Made by a program: the position numbers and the translations under genes. The notes beneath the pieces were generated by a model. The model had not been told where the DNA came from. It saw nothing but the letters and a program-made list of their open reading frames with translations, and did not search any database. DNA of 14,782 bases from Promethearchaeota archaeon (GTDB lineage: Archaea; Asgardarchaeota; Lokiarchaeia; Sigyniarchaeales; SOKP01), in the NCBI GenBank assembly GCA_016840165.1, contig JAEOSU010000078.1:1-14782 (forward strand), read 5' to 3'. Below, piece by piece: positions 7,862-14,782 of the stretch; the first letter of the stretch is position 1, and each line of letters starts with the position of its first letter.

Positions 7862-7886
7862 TTTTAAATATAGCTATCTATATTTA
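7862..7886 (+). promoter_or_regulatory. Putative TATA box (TTTTAAATA) overlapped by a 9-4-9 inverted repeat upstream of the LRR cluster
   Basis: TAAATATAG (7865-7873), spacer CTAT, then CTATATTTA (7878-7886). The arms are perfect and lie 50-70 nt upstream of ATG 7935. Confidence 0.4.
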
Positions 7887-7934
7887 TCTCTATCGAAAGA
7901 CATCAAATTATAACTTCTTCATGGTAAAACACTC

Positions 7935-10900
7935 ATGGATTATAATTTTCATATGCGGCAAGGTCAGATAAAATTTAAGAATGGCAATTATCGAGAAGCT
8001 ATAAAAGAGTTTAAGCAAGCCCTTAATTATAAATTAGAAGACACAGTAGCATGGGTTTTCCTCTCAAATACATACTCAAGTTTACAAGAATATGATAATA
8101 TGCTTGAATCTATGAGAAATATTATTAAGTATAATCCTAAAATAAAAGACGAAAACGATATGTTCTATGCTCTTCCTCCAATTGCAAAAAATATTAATAA
8201 AATTATAGAATTATGTACAAATGCTATAAAGAATCCAGCTGAATTTAAGGGAGAATGGTCATTAGTTGGAAGTTATTTTTTAACTAAAAAAGAATATAAT
8301 AGAGCAGAAATAGCTTATCTAGAAGCTATAAAGCAACATCCGGAGATACCCCTAGCAAAGCTATCCTTAGCTTCTGTCTATTTTAAGAATGAAAAACTTG
8401 AAGAAGCGCTTGAGTTAACTGACAATGTGGTTAAAGCTTTTCCTCATCTTTTACATGCCATAATAATGAAAGCAAAAATATTAGCAAAAATGGAAGAAAT
8501 TGATCAAGCCATTTTCTTTTGTGATATGGCACTAAAAGAGGATCCATTATTAGAACCAGCAGTTACTCTTCGGTTGGAGTTAGAAAAAAAGCAAGGGAAA
8601 TCAACAATAAATAACCTAAACCCTATGGAAATTTATGAGAATGTCGAAGTTAGAAGGGATCAAAAAGATTTTTTATTAGAATTAGAAAAATTAAATAAAA
8701 GAACCATTAAACCATTAGCTTGGGCTGAAATGGAATTATCAACGCTTTCTGGGTTTGTCGTGAGAGCAGGGTATATAACAGAATTAAATTTAACCTTTAT
8801 AGATAAAATTCCTCCTTCTATAAGAAACTTGAAGTATTTAAAATCGCTTTTAATACCGCATAGGATGGATCCTAAAGGATTTCCTGATGGTGTTGAGGAT
8901 CTTCAAAATCTTGAATTCCTTTTATACCAAAATTCACTAACAACTCCGGGAATTTTTCGAGGAGTAAATCCAGAAGCCAGATATCTTACTAATAAAATCT
9001 GCAAGTTAAAATCGTTAAAAGTACTAAATATACGGGATTCTTATGGCATTACACATTTACCAAAATGCTTGGCAGATCTCCCTCACTTAGAAGAAATTAA
9101 TGTGGGGAATTGCCATATACTCAACCATATCCCTGATGAAATTAAGGTTCAATTCAAACCAATAGGTGACGACTTCCGTCTCAAGTTGATTCGCAGAACT
9201 CCCAATTATAAAAATCCAAATCAAGGTTGGGAAGGCTCCAAATTTATTGTGATACATGAAAATGAACCTTTGATTGAGGAAGAAACAAATATTTACATTG
9301 ATGTTCCGGAATTACATCCAAAAGAACTAATAGTCCTTAATGAATTATTGAGAAATATGTATACTAAAGAAGAATTAACTCAAATGGGAAAAAATCTTAA
9401 ACAAATGCCTTCAATGATGAATAAGCAATATATTAAAAAGCTGGGGCCAATATATACAAGTAGAGATGGGTATATAAGGGAATTGACTTTAAATAGGATT
9501 CGAGCAGAAGAAAGTCTTCCAGAAAGCATTCTTTCTTTAAGTATGCTTGAAAAATTAGTAATTACTCCCTCACACCGGCATATATCTATACCAGACAATA
9601 TTGGAGTCTTAACTAATCTAAAAGAATTGGAAATTCATAATATAATTAAAATCCCCAAAACTCTTAATGAGCTTAAGAATCTTGAAAAACTGACTATTTC
9701 AAGCAAAGTTCCACTTCAAGATTTGTCAGGATTAACTAGATTACGAGAATTAAAATTGACATTACCGGAGACAGGTAATTTAAATGGTTTAGAAACTCTT
9801 CATTCCCTTAATTCCTTAACACTTTATAATCCAAGTAAAGAACTACTATTACAAATTTCTAAAATTCCAAAACTTGAGAATCTAGAACTATATTATATCA
9901 AATCTAATGAAATTCCTGAGAGTTTAGGAAAACTTAAATCTCTTAAAAGTTTAAAGATAAGTAATAGTCCTAAGTTGGAAAAGCTTCCTAAAAGCTTGGA
10001 AAATCTCTGTAATCTACAAACCTTAATAATAAATTACTGTTCATTAAGTCAATTTTCTATCTCTATTAATCATCTGCCAGCATTGCGTATCCTTTCCTTA
10101 AATAGTTGTAAATTAATGACTTTACCTTCGGGTATTAGTTATTTAGAAAAAGAAATTGATATTGATATTGATAATAATCCATTAGACCCTAATATAATCC
10201 TATGTGATCTTAATAAAGATTTGATTGATAAAGAAGAAGCAATCAATCAACTAAGTTTTATTATTAATAAATGGGAGATTAATAAACCCGATCGCTGCAA
10301 TCAAGAAGATCCTCATCATAATCCTGATAATGTTAAACGTGAAGCGATTAAGGCTCTTCTTAATATAGCAAACATGAAGAATATAGAGGAACCCTTAAAT
10401 AATCATTTAAAACAGATATTAGAAGAAATTATTTGTCATAAGGATCCAAAGCTTAGATCGTTTATACTTACGAACTTAACAGACCTTCTCCCCTCATATC
10501 TCGAAGATGCTTTGCAGATACTTATTACTAGTGAAATTAGTCATTTAAACTTAAAAAAAGTATATTATCTTCTCAAATACCAAATACAAAATAAAGAACT
10601 TCTCAAAAGACTCTTGATTCGTTTATCAAGGGCGTTTCGTGTCATACCTTACGAAGCTGGAACTCTATTTGAATTATGGTCTATCTTAACGATAAAAGAT
10701 CATACTATAATGTTTGATGAAGCTGCTTATTATTCACTGGCATTTCCTACGGTCCAAGATCTGAAAGAAGTAGGATTTGGTTATGTAGCAGATGATGATC
10801 ATGTCGTTGGACTTTCACTTAAGGGTTTTGGTTTACAATATTTACCAGAATCTATTAAAGACTTTAAAAAACTCCAATATTTAGAATTACAAGACAATAA

Positions 10901-12056
10901 TATTTCAGAACTTCCTTTATGGATCGGAGAAATGCAATTTATTATAAATTTAAACCTTAAAAGAAACAATATATCTTCATTACCATCCAATATTTCCGAA
11001 CTAAGGAAAAAAATTAAAATCAATCTCTCTCAAAATCCTATTAGTAGGATATATGAAGAAGATTTTAAAAAATATTACGAGAACTACATTAATAGTTCTC
11101 ATATTCATGAAAATGATGCTAAAGTCTTGAGTTTGATATCATATATATTTGGGAAACAATTATCAATGTTTTGGAAAGAAGAAGCAGATTATTTAGAAAA
11201 TAAAGTTAATTCTTTCGTATTAGATGAGGGTGGAAGGGTAATATCTCTTATTCTGCACGATTTTAATCAATCCAAGATTACTTACTTTCCTGAAGAAATC
11301 TTTAATTTAGAAAAACTTGAAAAATTGGAAATATCTAAAAGTTATACTCTTAATAATTATTCTGAGAATATTCAAACTCTAAAGAATCTTACCTACCTTA
11401 ACCTTAAAGATAATAATTTACAAATTTTTCCTGAATGGATTACAAAAATAACATCCTTGAAAGAATTAATTCTTTCGGGAAATTCCATACAAGAGATCCC
11501 CAATTCTATTAAAAATTTAAAAAATTTAACTCTTTTAGATCTAAGTTATAATTCATTATCGAAAATTCCCTTAGTTATATTCGAAATGGAAAATCTATCA
11601 ATTTTATCCTTAATGGGAAATGAAATTGAAGTTATTGATGATTCAATTGAAAACATGAAAAACCTGAAAGAATTATATCTCGGAAATAATAATTTGAAGA
11701 AGTTACCTGAAACAATAAGTTTGTTAGAATCATTAGAAAACCTGAGTATATCTTATAATGAACTAACTAATTTACCTAATTACTTAGGAAATTTACGCAA
11801 TTTAAAAAATTTAAACGTTTCAGGGAACAAATTATCTAACCTACCTCCAAATTTCTGTTCATTGACAGCATTAGAAAATTTAGATTTAAGCGATAATCAA
11901 TTTAAATCGATATCCGACTGTATTGCCGACATCCCTAACCTAGAACGCTTGAACCTAAGTTATAATGAAATGGATGCGCCTTCACCCGTATTAAATTCTG
12001 TTCGAGGAATTATTTTTAAAAGAAAACGTAATCCTGAATATGATTATACGTTTTAA
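7935..12056 (+). CDS. Multidomain TPR + leucine-rich-repeat protein (N-terminal TPRs, four LRR modules, internal HEAT-like helical region)
   Basis: Residues 1 to ~215 show TPR patterns (GNYREAIKEFKQALNY, EYNRAEIAYLEAIKQHP, LEEALELTDNVVKAFP, IDQAIFFCDMALKEDP). There are many LxxLxLxxN repeats, including ten regular ~23-aa repeats at the C-terminus. I saw no Walker A/GTPase motif and no transmembrane segment. Confidence 0.92.
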   Translation: MDYNFHMRQGQIKFKNGNYREAIKEFKQALNYKLEDTVAWVFLSNTYSSLQEYDNMLESMRNIIKYNPKIKDENDMFYALPPIAKNINKIIELCTNAIKNPAEFKGEWSLVGSYFLTKKEYNRAEIAYLEAIKQHPEIPLAKLSLASVYFKNEKLEEALELTDNVVKAFPHLLHAIIMKAKILAKMEEIDQAIFFCDMALKEDPLLEPAVTLRLELEKKQGKSTINNLNPMEIYENVEVRRDQKDFLLELEKLNKRTIKPLAWAEMELSTLSGFVVRAGYITELNLTFIDKIPPSIRNLKYLKSLLIPHRMDPKGFPDGVEDLQNLEFLLYQNSLTTPGIFRGVNPEARYLTNKICKLKSLKVLNIRDSYGITHLPKCLADLPHLEEINVGNCHILNHIPDEIKVQFKPIGDDFRLKLIRRTPNYKNPNQGWEGSKFIVIHENEPLIEEETNIYIDVPELHPKELIVLNELLRNMYTKEELTQMGKNLKQMPSMMNKQYIKKLGPIYTSRDGYIRELTLNRIRAEESLPESILSLSMLEKLVITPSHRHISIPDNIGVLTNLKELEIHNIIKIPKTLNELKNLEKLTISSKVPLQDLSGLTRLRELKLTLPETGNLNGLETLHSLNSLTLYNPSKELLLQISKIPKLENLELYYIKSNEIPESLGKLKSLKSLKISNSPKLEKLPKSLENLCNLQTLIINYCSLSQFSISINHLPALRILSLNSCKLMTLPSGISYLEKEIDIDIDNNPLDPNIILCDLNKDLIDKEEAINQLSFIINKWEINKPDRCNQEDPHHNPDNVKREAIKALLNIANMKNIEEPLNNHLKQILEEIICHKDPKLRSFILTNLTDLLPSYLEDALQILITSEISHLNLKKVYYLLKYQIQNKELLKRLLIRLSRAFRVIPYEAGTLFELWSILTIKDHTIMFDEAAYYSLAFPTVQDLKEVGFGYVADDDHVVGLSLKGFGLQYLPESIKDFKKLQYLELQDNNISELPLWIGEMQFIINLNLKRNNISSLPSNISELRKKIKINLSQNPISRIYEEDFKKYYENYINSSHIHENDAKVLSLISYIFGKQLSMFWKEEADYLENKVNSFVLDEGGRVISLILHDFNQSKITYFPEEIFNLEKLEKLEISKSYTLNNYSENIQTLKNLTYLNLKDNNLQIFPEWITKITSLKELILSGNSIQEIPNSIKNLKNLTLLDLSYNSLSKIPLVIFEMENLSILSLMGNEIEVIDDSIENMKNLKELYLGNNNLKKLPETISLLESLENLSISYNELTNLPNYLGNLRNLKNLNVSGNKLSNLPPNFCSLTALENLDLSDNQFKSISDCIADIPNLERLNLSYNEMDAPSPVLNSVRGIIFKRKRNPEYDYTF

Positions 12057-13458
12057 AAATGAGGTGTGCAAATTGAGATTAAAAATATATAATCCTGATC
12101 TAGTAGATTGTTCTTCAAGTGTGAATATGTTAATGCCTAGCCCAGAATCTATGGGGATGATTGTGAATTTATTCTGGGAGATCATTAAATCAAATGCTGT
12201 GGAATCAATATTGTCCCATTCTTTTAAGTTAGAATTTGATAGTGGTGTTTTTGTATTAATTTCACCAGAAGGACGAACTCATGGTTCTTTAAACATTCAT
12301 ATGGAAGGAATATATCCTCTAAAAAACCTTAATTTAAGATCAAGTGATGCAGATCGTGAGAACAAAATTTATGGTTGTTTTATTGAATCTATCGAAAGTG
12401 TTTTTAAAAGAGATAATTTTGAAGAAAGAGTAGATTATTATGATCAAATCAGTCAGATATTGGTTAATGAAGCTGGCTTAAGGGGTGTAAAAAAAGGAAT
12501 TGCATTAATCCAAGCAATTCTAGGTAGTGCATATAGATTGATTCCGAAGATAATTCAAGAGCAAGAACTACTTAATTTTGAACTAAATGCTCGAATTATT
12601 TGGAAAGCATGGTCTTCATACTATGAGATCCCGGGAATTGGTCATGTTCAATGTGGAGAAATAGATCATATAAGCGCAAGCACTAATAACATGGAATTTT
12701 ATCTCGGAGATCTATGTTTAGGGGGTCATAATGGTCGTTCTGAGGGAGATAAGCATTTTGCAGATATTCAAAAAGCTATTAATAACGTTTATCCTAAATA
12801 TACCATTAAAGAAGTTGGTGATAGCTCTTCTGAAATTGATGGACGAATAGCATTATATAATAAATCTTTAGCCGAAGAAAGGTTTAATCTTGAACCCAAA
12901 GGAATACTTTTCGGTAAACCTATTAATCAAGAAGAAAAAGTAAATTTACTTAATATATTTAGTGATTCCAAATTTCACCCATATTGTATCAAACTTCATG
13001 ATAATCATGTAATATCTTTAACTATTGACAATCCAGAAGTAGACTCATTATTTTCTTATCTGAGAGAGTTGCATTATCTGACAGATTTAATCATTAATAA
13101 TCTCCCTCCTATTGAAAAATTAGATTTTAAAACCTTAAAAAGTCTTAAATCTTTAATATTAAGAAATTGTCATGAAGTCCATGCTATAACAGATTCATTA
13201 GCGGGTCTAGAAACTATAAAAATTCTACATTCTAATAGAATAACAAGCTTACCTAAAACATTTGGGAAACTAACGCACCTCAAAAGAATTGAAGTGATTG
13301 GTTGTGAACGATTAAATTCATTTCCAATTGAAATGAGGGAATTAAATATTTCAACACTCAAAGTTATATATTCTCCCTTGCTAACAGAAGCTAATATTAA
13401 TAATAATATAGAGAAATGCAAAAATTATTTCAATAAATTCTTTTCTAAAAAACGGTGA
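12040..13458 (+). CDS. Protein with unknown N-terminal alpha/beta domain and C-terminal LRR module; likely true start TTG at 12073
   Basis: C-terminal LRRs (LHYLTDLIINN, LKSLKSLILRNC, LTHLKRIEVIGC) are preceded by the same cap motif as in the upstream gene (DNHVISLTI). The SD-like GAGGTG at 12061-12066 sits 6 nt before an in-frame TTG at 12073. Confidence 0.8.
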   Translation: MIIRFKNEVCKLRLKIYNPDLVDCSSSVNMLMPSPESMGMIVNLFWEIIKSNAVESILSHSFKLEFDSGVFVLISPEGRTHGSLNIHMEGIYPLKNLNLRSSDADRENKIYGCFIESIESVFKRDNFEERVDYYDQISQILVNEAGLRGVKKGIALIQAILGSAYRLIPKIIQEQELLNFELNARIIWKAWSSYYEIPGIGHVQCGEIDHISASTNNMEFYLGDLCLGGHNGRSEGDKHFADIQKAINNVYPKYTIKEVGDSSSEIDGRIALYNKSLAEERFNLEPKGILFGKPINQEEKVNLLNIFSDSKFHPYCIKLHDNHVISLTIDNPEVDSLFSYLRELHYLTDLIINNLPPIEKLDFKTLKSLKSLILRNCHEVHAITDSLAGLETIKILHSNRITSLPKTFGKLTHLKRIEVIGCERLNSFPIEMRELNISTLKVIYSPLLTEANINNNIEKCKNYFNKFFSKKR

Positions 13459-14213
13459 ATTACATGGAAAAATCAATGCTACAAATCATAAATTATCCTC
13501 CTAAATTTCCCAAATCAGTTCACCTTTATATTACAAATGCATGCAATTTAAACTGTGTAAAGTGCCATTATAGAAACTCAGATGATGAACTCGTTCACTT
13601 AAAATTTGAGAAATTAAAGAAACTTTTCTATGAGTGGAAATACTATGGTTTAACTTCCATTGCTATCGGAGGAGGAGAACCCTTAATGCATCCAAAAATT
13701 ATCGAGATTGTAAAATTGGGCAGATTATTTGGATTCCACATGGCGGTCACCACAAACGGAACCCATTTATTACCAATCAATGCTCATCGAATCCATATCT
13801 CATATGACAAAATTCACCCTACATGGAAAGATGAATCTCTGATAAGAAGAGCAATACATTTTTACAAAGGATTAGGATCTAAGGTTGGTATTAATCATAT
13901 TGTCTCGAGTTTAGATTCAATTAGATATATTGATTTTGCATTTCCAGAAATCGACACTTTATTGCTCATACGGGAAAAACCTGTGTCTAAATTTAATGAT
14001 TGGGAATCAATTCCTCGTAAAAGAAAATATTGGATAGAAGGTTGTATTGAACATGGTCATTGCGAACAAGGAATATTAAGTTTTCATCTTGGACCAACGT
14101 TAGAAACATCAATTTGTTCGAATATTAAAGAAACAATTAAATATACATCTTTAGAAAAAACTTGGAAAGAGTTAATAAAAGTGAAATGTCCGATTAGAGA
14201 TGCTCAATGTTAA
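13455..14213 (+). CDS. Short radical SAM enzyme with Cys-rich (twitch/SPASM-like) C-terminus
   Basis: CNLNCVKC (CxxxCxxC), GGGEP, TTNG and five C-terminal Cys (GC.EHGHC..G...ICS...CP...C). The GTG start overlaps the upstream TGA stop (GTGA); alternative ATG starts lie just downstream. Confidence 0.92.
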   Translation: MNYMEKSMLQIINYPPKFPKSVHLYITNACNLNCVKCHYRNSDDELVHLKFEKLKKLFYEWKYYGLTSIAIGGGEPLMHPKIIEIVKLGRLFGFHMAVTTNGTHLLPINAHRIHISYDKIHPTWKDESLIRRAIHFYKGLGSKVGINHIVSSLDSIRYIDFAFPEIDTLLLIREKPVSKFNDWESIPRKRKYWIEGCIEHGHCEQGILSFHLGPTLETSICSNIKETIKYTSLEKTWKELIKVKCPIRDAQC

Positions 14214-14227
14214 TTTTTTCGTTTTTT
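14214..14227 (+). terminator. Oligo-T archaeal-type terminator after the radical SAM gene
   Basis: TTTTTTCGTTTTTT directly follows the TAA stop at 14213. Confidence 0.5.
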
Positions 14228-14468
14228 GAAATATAATAAGAAAGAATCCGTATTAATTCTTTAAAAAGCTTATATGTAGTAAAATTTTCCGTGAGTTTTC
14301 AATGAGGATTGAAAATTTACTATCCATAAGCTCTGTTTTTGATAAGAATATTATGATAATGATGAAATATAAAGAGTTTTAATTCTATAATCATTAAGCA
14401 TTCAATTTTCACTAAAATTAATTATGTACTTAAAATGATTATTTAATCCTCTTCATCATGCATCTTCA

Positions 14469-14717
14469 TTACAAAATCCATATTCTGATCTCTAAAATAC
14501 CATTATTATATTCCAGTTAGTTCCATTATTACTAATTATTTATGATCAAATAATTGATGGGATCATATTCATAGCGAACGATAAATTTTCATTCAAATTT
14601 TTTTGCTTCTCCTTAAAGGCATAAAAAAAAATACTGTAAAGACCATTTCCTCAATATTAGTATTTGAAGTATTGTGTTGATACAAAAATTCATTCATTTT
14701 TTTTTCAATGATCACCT
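14469..14717 (-). pseudogene. Possible decayed small gene with an Hsp20/alpha-crystallin-like C-terminal motif
   Basis: On the minus strand, SD-like AGGTGAT (14717-14711), ATG at 14697, short interrupted frames across A9/T9 runs, then YNNGILEIRIWIL* at 14510-14469, preceded by in-frame stops. Confidence 0.25.
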
Positions 14718-14782
14718 ACCAATAAATCATTCAATAATATCCTTTAATATTAATAATGATTTTTTGTCGTAATTTTTTATGC

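Noticed and set aside
11300-11970. Roughly 69-bp periodicity as a CRISPR array or DNA tandem repeat
   Set aside because: It is explained by 23-aa LRR coding repeats, with no identical direct repeats separated by unique spacers.
7935-12056. Roco (LRR-Roc-COR), NLR/STAND or receptor-kinase assignment
   Set aside because: I found no P-loop GxxxxGK[ST], kinase motifs, TIR domain or transmembrane segment in either LRR protein.
9380-13421. Minus-strand ORFs 9380..9598, 10799..11023, 11991..12185 and 13170..13421
   Set aside because: Short ORFs antisense to well-supported LRR genes.
13455-14213. Calling the radical SAM protein a viperin
   Set aside because: It lacks the viperin N-x-H..CNYxCxFCF pattern (it has HLYITNACNLNCVKCHY) and carries a Cys-rich twitch-like tail that viperins lack.
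1-14782. tRNA, rRNA, IS elements or integrases
   Set aside because: I saw no GC-rich structured segment, cloverleaf, transposase/integrase ORF or terminal inverted repeats. A covariance-model search was not possible.

Overview
A very AT-rich archaeal window (roughly 30% GC by eye), most likely from an Asgard archaeon (Lokiarchaeia-like). The assignment is inferred from the gene content: a gelsolin, a RING finger protein, a proteasome beta subunit and modular LRR proteins. In order, the window holds: (1) a two-domain gelsolin with an acidic linker and a CxxC knuckle, on the minus strand, running off the left edge and absent from the ORF track; (2) a class I/II aminotransferase; (3) a tail-anchored Trp-repeat helical protein; (4) a LysE-family exporter; (5) a Zn-ribbon protein with a possible degenerate HEPN-like domain; (6) a coiled-coil protein ending in a C4HC3 RING finger, directly downstream of (7) a proteasome beta subunit whose catalytic Thr1 is replaced by Ala; and (8-10) a tightly packed plus-strand cluster of a 1373-aa TPR plus four-module LRR protein, a second LRR protein with an unknown, possibly nuclease-fold N-terminal domain, and a short radical SAM enzyme. 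The last ~570 bp has no intact ORF and may contain a decayed small gene. The best candidates for an undescribed system are the TPR-LRR / X-LRR / radical SAM cluster and the RING plus inactive proteasome beta pair; both functional readings are inference. I found no RNA genes, CRISPR arrays or mobile elements.
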